A stretch of 56,079 nt of DNA from a virus (lineage: Duplodnaviria > Caudoviricetes): IMG/VR virus record IMGVR_UViG_3300027736_000055, positions 1-56,079 of that record. The stretch is one strand, 5' to 3'. A model generated the notes under the pieces. That model worked only from the letters and a program-made list of their open reading frames with translations, ran no database searches and was not told where the DNA came from. The translations under genes were made by a program, and so were the position numbers. Below are positions 1 through 7,563 of the stretch, piece after piece; position 1 is the first letter of the stretch, and each line of letters begins with the position of its first letter.

Positions 1-447
1 ATATATATTATCCATCCATGTAACAACAACCATTCCTTCCTCTAATACTGGAACTAATAGCTCTGTTGTTTCATCTTCTTCCATATATATGCCAAGCATA
101 CCATTGTAATGCATCATTATAGCATTCATGTCGTCTATGGTGAAATCATACAACTGATTCTCGTGCTCTATCCAACCAATAGAATTCTCTTCGGCTAATA
201 AAACAAGCGCAGCATCAGGATTGTCTTCAATCTGACCATATATCTCAACATTAACAGGAAATCCATGCTCAGCATAGAATATCTCGTAATCATCACTATC
301 TAATGGTACATCATTCATTTCATAGATATGTATGTATGTTTGTTCACCACCTAATGTATGCATAGAACGTTCTGTAATGAATAACATGCCATCCTTTAAT
401 CTGGATGGCACGTAATTCTTAAATACTAGATGAGCTGGAATGTACAT
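1..447 (-). CDS. Hypothetical acidic protein, truncated by the window start
   Basis: Translated by hand: ATG at 447 gives MYIPAHLVFKNYVPSRLKDGMLFIT..., open to base 1. Not in the ORF track. Confidence 0.75.
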   Translation of the reverse strand, partial: MYIPAHLVFKNYVPSRLKDGMLFITERSMHTLGGEQTYIHIYEMNDVPLDSDDYEIFYAEHGFPVNVEIYGQIEDNPDAALVLLAEENSIGWIEHENQLYDFTIDDMNAIMMHYNGMLGIYMEEDETTELLVPVLEEGMVVVTWMDNIY

Positions 448-793
448 CTTCAATTAGTTTTGTTGCCTTAAATATAGCAATATCTGCTTGAACTAACAAA
501 ATAATAGTTTGTAATTCTACATCATCTACCAATTCTACATTAATAGTGATAGTATTATTACTGTACCCAGCAGTTTCAAACAATGATACATTCACTGTTT
601 TAGGCCATGATGAAAGTTCCATGCTACAATAGTCATGTACTGGATGATAATGTATACGTATTCTATCTGATATACGTAAAGTAATACCAACAGGTTTGCC
701 TTCTTCATTTATATCTTGTGGAAGATTTAATGATATTACATACTCGCGTAATTCTTTTGCTACGTTTAGTAGCTCGATTGATTGACTTCTCAT
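419..793 (-). CDS. Hypothetical protein
   Basis: 124-aa ORF in a tightly packed minus-strand run. Confidence 0.7.
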   Translation of the reverse strand: MRSQSIELLNVAKELREYVISLNLPQDINEEGKPVGITLRISDRIRIHYHPVHDYCSMELSSWPKTVNVSLFETAGYSNNTITINVELVDDVELQTIILLVQADIAIFKATKLIEDVHSSSSSI

Positions 794-1019
794 GCGTTTT
801 CTTAAAATTTACATTAAATGCTTTACTACTGATGTTACAAGATGATCTATTATCACTAAGATATATCTTGTAATAGCTCTTACCACCTGAGTGGTATTCA
901 TAGAAGTATGAACCACCTTTACGGTAGATGATGTCTGTATTAACTACTGTATAGTCAATAATACACTTGCACCTACCGTATTTGGGTCCTTCTATCTTAA
1001 TAGCTTTTTGAATATCCAT
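705..1019 (-). CDS. Hypothetical protein
   Basis: 104-aa ORF; its 3' end overlaps the next gene by 89 nt. Confidence 0.55.
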   Translation of the reverse strand: MDIQKAIKIEGPKYGRCKCIIDYTVVNTDIIYRKGGSYFYEYHSGGKSYYKIYLSDNRSSCNISSKAFNVNFKKTHEKSINRATKRSKRITRVCNIIKSSTRYK

Positions 1020-1022
1020 AAG

Positions 1023-1193
1023 CTATTTATCTGCTAATTCACTCATTAATATAACTGCTGATCCTGAAAACATTATTGCTGAGCCAATAGCTAAGTCTGG
1101 ATGATTAGTTATAACCATCCAGACAATATTAACCATAGACAACACGCATAGCAATGCTAGAATCACTAATGAAACTACATCTCTATTTTTCAT
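1023..1193 (-). CDS. Small membrane protein (56 aa, two hydrophobic segments)
   Basis: Translated by hand: MKNRDVVSLVILALLCVLSMVNIVWMVITNHPDLAIGSAIMFSGSAVILMSELADK*. TAATG coupling to the upstream gene; fills the gap between neighbours. Confidence 0.7.
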   Translation of the reverse strand: MKNRDVVSLVILALLCVLSMVNIVWMVITNHPDLAIGSAIMFSGSAVILMSELADK

Positions 1194-1504
1194 TAGTACA
1201 CAATTTCTTGAAGTTCTTCAACAGTAAATGGAACAGCAAATGCTTTCTCATATACTTTTTGTTGTAAAACCATTTCTTGAGAGTGTAGTGATTCAATCAT
1301 TTTATTGTAATGATAATTTACTACGTTCTCAACCATGGTGCCAAGCTTAAATGCTTGTTCATGTGAGACATCAGGCATTGTGATTAACAATTTGTCTGAT
1401 CCTTTCACTTTAGCTTGGATTTTACAATCGTCAGCTAACTCGTCTACAATCGCCTGAATAATGACATCATTCATGTCACCATACAAATCAAAGGTTATTT
1501 TCAT
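1193..1504 (-). CDS. Hypothetical protein
   Basis: 103-aa ORF preceded by a CACCCTTTAAA A-rich leader. Confidence 0.7.
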   Translation of the reverse strand: MKITFDLYGDMNDVIIQAIVDELADDCKIQAKVKGSDKLLITMPDVSHEQAFKLGTMVENVVNYHYNKMIESLHSQEMVLQQKVYEKAFAVPFTVEELQEIVY

Positions 1505-1531
1505 GATAGAAAATGTTTAAAGGGTGAATAA

Positions 1532-1795
1532 TTACTCGAAAAAATCTATTTTACCAGGAGTACCAGTTAATCTCTTGTACATCACTTGTGTTTTAACAAT
1601 TGTAATTGCCGAATTATATGCAGCAATTGCAGCTAGTGCAGTTTTTAAATCTGCTGTTTTGTCAAAATTGGTCTTTAATGAATCTCCCATATCTTGAAGG
1701 ACCAAACGAACAGATTTAGAACGATCTGTCTTAGTAACTACAACTAACTCTTGTGCTATTGTAGCTATTTCTTCTTTTTTTACTGTCTTTGCCAT
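1532..1795 (-). CDS. Hypothetical helical protein, probably paired with the upstream Zn-finger gene
   Basis: 87-aa ORF ending KTQVMYKRLTGTPGKIDFFE; leader contains AAAACCAACAAA. Confidence 0.7.
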   Translation of the reverse strand: MAKTVKKEEIATIAQELVVVTKTDRSKSVRLVLQDMGDSLKTNFDKTADLKTALAAIAAYNSAITIVKTQVMYKRLTGTPGKIDFFE

Positions 1796-1814
1796 TTTTA
1801 CGCATTTGTTGGTT

Positions 1815-2492
1815 TTAATTCTTTAATTGTTTAAGCTCACGTTGAATCTTAATCTTTTCTCTAAACACATGAAAGATATCTTCAGGAATATCTTTCTTCT
1901 TAATAGGAATATGTTTACGTATTACCATTCCAAGATAATTATCAGTTAATCCTTCAGAATCTCTCTTGTAATATTTGTGACGAAGAGGTTTTTCTTTCTT
2001 AAGATTACATGTTCTACATGAATGTTTCATATATCCTTTCTTATTTACTGAGAACTGTTCAACAGAAAGATTTTCATTACATACATAACATTGCTTTAAA
2101 CCATCAATAATAGGATGAGTAACTTCTACGTTTGGAACTGCACCTTTAGCTCTTCTATGTTTAAGACTTCTTTCTACTTCACATTCTTTACAATGACATC
2201 TTATACCTGATATATTTCTAGAATGTTTACCAAACTGATCAATTGGTTTTACCTTATCACATCTAGTGCATTGTTTACATCCATCAATAATAGGATAGCA
2301 CTTCGTAGGTTGTATACCAAGTGATCTTTTTAGTTTTGTACTATAAGCACGTATACATTCTTTACATTTAGATTTATGAAACATCTCACCATGTAAACTC
2401 TTTTTCATGCTAAATGCATCAACAGCCTTTACTGTGTGACATACACTGCACTTCTTATGTCCATCAATTATTGGATTTCTTAGTTTTCTCAT
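1815..2492 (-). CDS. Triple Cys4 zinc-ribbon repeat protein
   Basis: Three repeats of PIIDGxKxCxxC...F...CxxC; basic; no intact HNH catalytic motif seen. Confidence 0.8.
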   Translation of the reverse strand: MRKLRNPIIDGHKKCSVCHTVKAVDAFSMKKSLHGEMFHKSKCKECIRAYSTKLKRSLGIQPTKCYPIIDGCKQCTRCDKVKPIDQFGKHSRNISGIRCHCKECEVERSLKHRRAKGAVPNVEVTHPIIDGLKQCYVCNENLSVEQFSVNKKGYMKHSCRTCNLKKEKPLRHKYYKRDSEGLTDNYLGMVIRKHIPIKKKDIPEDIFHVFREKIKIQRELKQLKN

Positions 2493-2515
2493 GTTATTAA
2501 GATTTAAAGAGAGCT

Positions 2516-2551
2516 AAAAAAGAAAGAGCTCAACAATATGTCGAGCCCTTT
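2516..2551 (-). terminator. Intrinsic terminator
   Basis: Minus strand: AAAGGGCTCGAC-atatt-GTTGAGCTCTTT (two G-U pairs), then CTTTTTT. Confidence 0.7.
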
Positions 2552-2575
2552 ACTACATTTTAACCTCTTAACCAT

Positions 2576-3223
2576 TTAATCTTCTTCATTGTCAATCATT
2601 GTTAACAATCTTTTACTAGTTTGGAGATTGACCATGAATTCTTCTACTTTAGATTTGTACACATCATTGTATACATCTCTCACCATATCATAATGAATAC
2701 CATGGCTTTTGTCATCAATATCTAAAAAACCTGTATAGTAACTTCCTCCACTTTTTGTAACAAACTTAACTTGATGATGATCACGACCATATCGACTACT
2801 AGTCTTTTTAATAGTCATACCTATACCATTGTCTACATAGAAAGATGCTGTATCTGATTCATCAAATATTAGATCTTTATATCTCTTAATATTAGGATTT
2901 AACCAAGCTAAATAAGCTTGGAAATCATCATCTCTAGTTAAATTATCAAGTATCCAATAATGCTCTTTCTCAATGTATTCTAACAAAGTCTCTAATTCTG
3001 TTTTATACACCTTAACACATTCTAGACTCTCATTATAACGCCTAAAACAACATTCTGCATCATCTGCATCATAATCAGGCTCATCTTTACAACTTATTGC
3101 AGCATCATAATCCATCTTGTTGTCTTTAGCTGAATAGTTATGATCATTGTATGCCTTAGCAACAAATTCTAAGACCTCCCCAAGATCATCTATTGGGAAG
3201 GTCACTTTGATAGTAGTATCCAT
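2576..3223 (-). CDS. Hypothetical protein
   Basis: 215-aa ORF with a 1-nt stop/start overlap at 3223. Confidence 0.75.
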   Translation of the reverse strand: MDTTIKVTFPIDDLGEVLEFVAKAYNDHNYSAKDNKMDYDAAISCKDEPDYDADDAECCFRRYNESLECVKVYKTELETLLEYIEKEHYWILDNLTRDDDFQAYLAWLNPNIKRYKDLIFDESDTASFYVDNGIGMTIKKTSSRYGRDHHQVKFVTKSGGSYYTGFLDIDDKSHGIHYDMVRDVYNDVYKSKVEEFMVNLQTSKRLLTMIDNEED

Positions 3224-3489
3224 TATCTGTAAGTAGTTTCAATCCTACCAATTCTATGTGTGATGTTTCCTGATAATGTAACAATAGTTGTGTCACGTAT
3301 CTCTCCATCACTACATACATACCATCCTTCTTTACTATGTTGTACACATACAACATTAAAGTCTGAATAGTTTACATCAGTGTTATTCTCAGCAATGATG
3401 TAAGCACCATTGGACAATTTGACTTTCTCATGAGAGTCACAACTCATCAATGTAGTGACAATAGCCACTAGTAATACTAATTTCTTCAT
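3223..3489 (-). CDS. Putative lipoprotein
   Basis: Start moved to ATG 3489: MKKLVLLVAIVTTLMS-C is a basic N-region, hydrophobic core and lipobox Cys. This start also removes the overlap with 3495..3701. Confidence 0.75.
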   Translation of the reverse strand: MKKLVLLVAIVTTLMSCDSHEKVKLSNGAYIIAENNTDVNYSDFNVVCVQHSKEGWYVCSDGEIRDTTIVTLSGNITHRIGRIETTYR

Positions 3490-3494
3490 CTTAG

Positions 3495-3701
3495 TTAGTC
3501 TTCTATAGTGTGAAACAATTCTTCCCATTCTTCTGGTGTAATACCAGATATTAAAAACTCTCTATCTTCTATAGATAGATGTGGAACAACATTTTGTATA
3601 AGCTCTTTTTCATGCTTTATTCTAAATAGTTGTTCTATTGTGATATCAATATCCCTAGTGGATGCATTTTTTGATATCATACTAGTCATTGTAATTAACA
3701 T
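3495..3701 (-). CDS. Small conserved-looking phage protein
   Basis: 68 aa with LIQNVVPHLSIEDREFLISGITPEEW; AACCTTTTAAA leader. Confidence 0.75.
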   Translation of the reverse strand: MLITMTSMISKNASTRDIDITIEQLFRIKHEKELIQNVVPHLSIEDREFLISGITPEEWEELFHTIED

Positions 3702-3805
3702 ACATATATTATTTAAAAGGTTAAAAAAATTAATGCTATTGTAATTAAACTATTGCTTTACAGAATGAATAGTTTTGCCTGAAACATATTACAATAACAT
3801 TAATC

Positions 3806-4285
3806 TTATTCTTTATTTTCTTGTTTGATTGCGATTGATAAAACTGTAAAGTGATTAGAATATGTAGATACTGATAAGATTCTACATATTTCTTCATACA
3901 CATGATCCTTTTTAAAATCTTTTCTACATAATGATATATATGCTCCTGATTTTATAACATCCCAATCTTTTTCTTTTAATTGTTTTATTTGATGCTTTGT
4001 CATAAATATATTTCGTAAAGCTTGTACTTCAGCCATATGTGTTGTTACATCATCTTCTGTAAGCCAACCTAATACATCCATAGTAACAGAAGTGTACGAT
4101 ACTGGACCACCTTTAGGATCATCTAACACTGCTAATTCATACAATCCTTCTTTACCACCATATGTCATGTTTGTTTGTACAACAGATACACCATATCCAT
4201 TATCAAACATCATACGTGCTCTTTTTCCTACTCCACCATCAGGTGCAATAAGGTCTTTAAATTCTAAATCATTAAATGTTTTCAT
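3806..4285 (-). CDS. Hypothetical phage protein, possibly two fused small domains
   Basis: 159 aa; N-terminal FDNGYGVSVV...YGGKEGLYELAVL domain, then an internal Met (MTKHQIKQ). Confidence 0.75.
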   Translation of the reverse strand: MKTFNDLEFKDLIAPDGGVGKRARMMFDNGYGVSVVQTNMTYGGKEGLYELAVLDDPKGGPVSYTSVTMDVLGWLTEDDVTTHMAEVQALRNIFMTKHQIKQLKEKDWDVIKSGAYISLCRKDFKKDHVYEEICRILSVSTYSNHFTVLSIAIKQENKE

Positions 4286-4306
4286 TTTTGTTATTATTTA
4301 AAGGGT

Positions 4307-4333
4307 TAAAAGGGAGAACAAGTCTCCCTCTCT
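4307..4333 (-). terminator. Intrinsic terminator
   Basis: Minus strand: AGGGAGA-cttgt-TCTCCCT-TTT immediately after the stop at 4334. Confidence 0.6.
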
Positions 4334-4609
4334 TTATAAATGTTTTAATCTTTTGTATATATTAAAAGATTTATCCCAATCTTTAGATATAAACTCAGGA
4401 ATTCTTGTAGCTTTATATCCATCAAAGGAATGATAGCCATTTAAGATTTGATCATAAGTTACCATCAAATGACCTTTATCAGTCCAATTCCTAATGAGTA
4501 TAAACTGATCAGATAGTTCAAAAGAATTCTCTTGATTACTCTCTGCCATACCACATAAACGACTACATATCTCATCTGCAATCATTTGTTTTGTTATTGT
4601 AATGTTCAT
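4334..4609 (-). CDS. Hypothetical protein
   Basis: Likely start MNITITKQ near 4609, with a CAACCTTTTAAA leader, rather than 4711. Confidence 0.65.
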   Translation of the reverse strand: MNITITKQMIADEICSRLCGMAESNQENSFELSDQFILIRNWTDKGHLMVTYDQILNGYHSFDGYKATRIPEFISKDWDKSFNIYKRLKHL

Positions 4610-4875
4610 TTCTTTATTGTTTAAAAGGTTGTTAATGCTATATCTAAACAATAGTATAGCGTATTTTACAATGTATTTATTTACTATTTTATATGGATAG
4701 GTAACACACACGCTCCCTTTTACACCCTCACATTATATAAAACTAATGATATATTATCATAAAAGTTAATATCTCCCTAGGGACAAAGTGCAAGATATCA
4801 TTAGTTTGTATGTTTCGTGTGTATATCCCACCCACGTACGAAGTTGTGCTTCGTTCACCCACCCTATATATGTAT

Positions 4876-4901
4876 AAAAAGGGGGATTTCTCCCCCTTCT
4901 T
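4876..4901 (-). terminator. Intrinsic terminator
   Basis: Minus strand: AAGGGGGA-gaaa-TCCCCCTT-TTT directly after the stop of 4903..5298. Confidence 0.85.
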
Positions 4902-4902
4902 A

Positions 4903-5298
4903 TTACGCCATAGCCTCAACCTCTTCAACAGAAGGGATAGCAACAGCACCACGACCTGCCTCGATAGCTTCGAGTTGAGCAACAAACATTGCATCCTCAA
5001 TGAAAGCTTGCTTGTTGATGTGAGTGTGGAACTGATAGCGTGTTAGCTCCTTATCCTCTTCATCTTCCACTTGATTGATAACAACCTCGTGCACCTTACC
5101 ACTCTTTAGGTCAGCGTGGAAATCATTATCCACAGGAACGGTGAATACCACACCATTGTAATTGTAGCGGTGGTAGCCTGCAGGAAAGTCTGTAATCATT
5201 TTAGTTCCTTCCTTGTAAAAGAAAGTACCTGAAAGCTTTACTACCTTACGAGTGTCTTTACCGATAAGGTTAATTGTGTCTAATACTTTAGTTGCCAT
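4903..5298 (-). CDS. Hypothetical protein, first gene of the left arm
   Basis: 131 aa; has its own terminator, an acidic C-terminus and more C-ending codons than its neighbours. Confidence 0.8.
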   Translation of the reverse strand: MATKVLDTINLIGKDTRKVVKLSGTFFYKEGTKMITDFPAGYHRYNYNGVVFTVPVDNDFHADLKSGKVHEVVINQVEDEEDKELTRYQFHTHINKQAFIEDAMFVAQLEAIEAGRGAVAIPSVEEVEAMA

Positions 5299-5511
5299 TG
5301 TAATTTGGATTTAAGTGTGAACTGATAGATTGATGGGGGTAGGCGGCAACCTCCCCTTTGATAGGAGGGGTCACTATTGGAAGTAGACTCCTCTCTCATG
5401 GCTATAATCACTATGGCCCCTATAAAAATTTTAGGAAAAGTTTGGATGGACGGAAAAATTGCTGCAACTTTGGGGGGGATAAGGGGGGGCCATTTATTAA
5501 ACACATATATT

Positions 5512-5661
5512 ATGATAGATATAAGGATAAATAGTCCCTCTAAATTTGGAATGGGATTTGAATTCAGGAGTAAAGATTTATACTATTACTCTATGAAAAG
5601 ATTAGATGTACATTTGTTAATAATTACGATTTCATTTGTATATACAAAGTTTAATATATAA
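5512..5661 (+). CDS. Small hypothetical protein (49 aa)
   Basis: In-frame ATG at 5512 within ORF 5377..5661, with an A/T-rich leader; hydrophobic C-terminus. Confidence 0.5.
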   Translation: MIDIRINSPSKFGMGFEFRSKDLYYYSMKRLDVHLLIITISFVYTKFNI

Positions 5662-5669
5662 TATAGAGA

Positions 5670-5700
5670 TTTGGAATTACGAATATTTCTAGTATATTTG
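5670..5700 (+). promoter_or_regulatory. Bacteroidota primary-sigma promoter (-33/-7)
   Basis: TTTG (5670-5673), 19-nt spacer, TATATTTG (5693-5700), just upstream of ATG 5714. Confidence 0.75.
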
Positions 5701-5713
5701 TTACAAACTACGT

Positions 5714-6073
5714 ATGGAAACAAGTAAGAAGATGATAGTACAAACTCTCTTAAGGAGAGTGGATGATGACTATGGTATGGCAGAGAAATACTATAGCCTA
5801 CTTTCCACTGTTAATGATCTTAAGCTTACAACAAGAGAGATACAGTTGATAGCATTTGCAGCCGTTAATGGAAACATATCTTATTCGTCTATTAGGGAAG
5901 AGTTCTGTAAGAAGTATAATTCTACATCCCCTACAATCAATAACATGATAAGCAAGCTTAAGAAGGTGAAGGTCTTAGTGAAGGATGGAACTAAGGTGAA
6001 AGTTAATCCTCTTATTCTTCTTAATTTCAAGGATAATATTAAGCTAGAGATAAAGGTGGAACATAATGAGTAA
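5714..6073 (+). CDS. Winged-helix DNA-binding protein (RepL-like)
   Basis: LTTREIQLI...IREEFCKKYNSTSPTINNMISKLKKVKVL helix-turn-helix pattern followed by a beta wing. Confidence 0.6.
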   Translation: METSKKMIVQTLLRRVDDDYGMAEKYYSLLSTVNDLKLTTREIQLIAFAAVNGNISYSSIREEFCKKYNSTSPTINNMISKLKKVKVLVKDGTKVKVNPLILLNFKDNIKLEIKVEHNE

Positions 6074-6404
6074 TGATGTCAACAAGGTGTTAATACGAAC
6101 AACGTCTGTAAAGCTTGCAATTAATGAGCAGATTGTACAGAAGGTTGTTGATTATCAATTTAAATCTGCTCACGAGGCCATGGGCATTCATCATACAATA
6201 GAACTTTGTGGGTTTGGTAAGTTTATTTTTAATAATAATAAAGCCAAGAAGAAGCTAGTGTCATTGCAAAAGACAGTGGAGATATTACAGAATGAACTAG
6301 ATCATCCAGAGACAGCTAAAAAGAATCCTGTGTTTTCTAAGAATGTATTGAAAGCTACAAAAGAACATATCGCATCACTTAAACCAATGATTAAATATGA
6401 TTAA
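6066..6404 (+). CDS. HU/IHF-like DNA-binding protein
   Basis: Helical N-terminus followed by TIELCGFGKF, resembling the HU/IHF signature. Confidence 0.65.
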   Translation: MSNDVNKVLIRTTSVKLAINEQIVQKVVDYQFKSAHEAMGIHHTIELCGFGKFIFNNNKAKKKLVSLQKTVEILQNELDHPETAKKNPVFSKNVLKATKEHIASLKPMIKYD

Positions 6405-6684
6405 CTTCGGACAGATATATGAGGGATGGAAAAATATGCTTGTTCCCTCATCAGAATTAAAAGATACAATAGAGAAGATTAGCGCTGAGCGCATGGCAAT
6501 TTGTAACAGTTGCATGTATCACTCTAAAAATCATCCCATCACTGTTCCTTATGATCATTGTATAGAATGTGGATGTATGTTAAAAGCTAAGGCAGCATGC
6601 TTGTCATGTGAATGTCCTAAGAAGTATTGGTTAGCACAAATGAAAGATCCTGAAGAAGAACAAGATTTAAAAACAAAATTATGA
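6397..6684 (+). CDS. Cys-rich metal-binding protein
   Basis: RMAICNSC...HCIECGC...CLSCECPKKYW. Confidence 0.75.
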   Translation: MINFGQIYEGWKNMLVPSSELKDTIEKISAERMAICNSCMYHSKNHPITVPYDHCIECGCMLKAKAACLSCECPKKYWLAQMKDPEEEQDLKTKL

Positions 6685-6947
6685 AGAATCCAGTCTTAAA
6701 GAAAGTAGATATTAACGAGCTCATGGATATAATGTCTGAGTTGTGGGAAAGAGGTGTAGATTACGTTGATATCATAATTAAGCCTGAAGACAACACTATA
6801 TCTTTAATGTTTACAGAAGATTATCTTTCAGACGAAGCCAAAGAAGGATTAGATGATGTAGAAGAAATTGAAGACGAGGAAATTGAAGACACATATGTGG
6901 AGGTGAGAAGTAAGCTAACAAATGATGATTTAAACCAACTAATGTAA
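6681..6947 (+). CDS. Acidic hypothetical protein
   Basis: 88 aa with ATGA coupling. Confidence 0.75.
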   Translation: MKNPVLKKVDINELMDIMSELWERGVDYVDIIIKPEDNTISLMFTEDYLSDEAKEGLDDVEEIEDEEIEDTYVEVRSKLTNDDLNQLM

Positions 6948-6951
6948 AGCT

Positions 6952-7218
6952 ATGAAACCTAATCACTATGAAAAAATACTAGGAGTACTAATAGAGCTTA
7001 AACAATCCCATCCTAAATGCAGTATGGGTAGACATTTAGCAACAGCTCTTGAGCCAAATACATGGAACATGACAGATGCTGAAGTATTTGATTGTCTAGA
7101 GAAATACAAATCACGTTTATCTATAGACATATTTCATTCTGATTCAGATATAGATAATATAATTAATGATGGTATTAATTTAAATAATATACTTCACGAA
7201 GATGAAGAAGACGACTAG
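6952..7218 (+). CDS. Hypothetical protein
   Basis: 88 aa, within the operon. Confidence 0.75.
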   Translation: MKPNHYEKILGVLIELKQSHPKCSMGRHLATALEPNTWNMTDAEVFDCLEKYKSRLSIDIFHSDSDIDNIINDGINLNNILHEDEEDD

Positions 7219-7221
7219 ATA

Positions 7222-7563
7222 ATGGCAGCACCAAAGAAAACTACATATATTAATACAGAGCTCGATTGGGCTGAAGAACAATTATCATCATGGAGAGCAT
7301 ATGTTGATGCTAATGCTATGCATGAGTTGAAAGACAGAATTGAGTGGAAACCAACAGGTAAAGGTGGATTGCTTCCTATGGTGATAGCATCCATTGAATC
7401 TCAGGGTAAGTTTATACAAGAAACCATGAAGAACTATTTAGCTCTTCTTGAGGTGGTGGATAAACTACGTGAGAAAGAAGAGAGTAAAGTGGAAGTGAGA
7501 GGTGGAGGAGGAATGAGCTCTAAGGCTGAACGTTGGTTAAAGCAAAGGAATGGAACTGCTTAA
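7222..7563 (+). CDS. Candidate terminase small subunit
   Basis: Helical 113-aa protein overlapping the terL start and ending ...VEVRGGG. Function inferred from position only. Confidence 0.5.
   Translation: MAAPKKTTYINTELDWAEEQLSSWRAYVDANAMHELKDRIEWKPTGKGGLLPMVIASIESQGKFIQETMKNYLALLEVVDKLREKEESKVEVRGGGGMSSKAERWLKQRNGTA

Noticed and set aside
3746-3790. Hammerhead ribozyme, suggested by CTGAAA in a multi-stem context
   Set aside because: The CUGANGA core is missing on both strands.
4743-5504. ORFs 4743..5000, 4810..5046, 5280..5504 and the 5' part of 5377..5661
   Set aside because: They cross a terminator, hairpins or G-tracts, and most overlap the better-supported gene 4903..5298.
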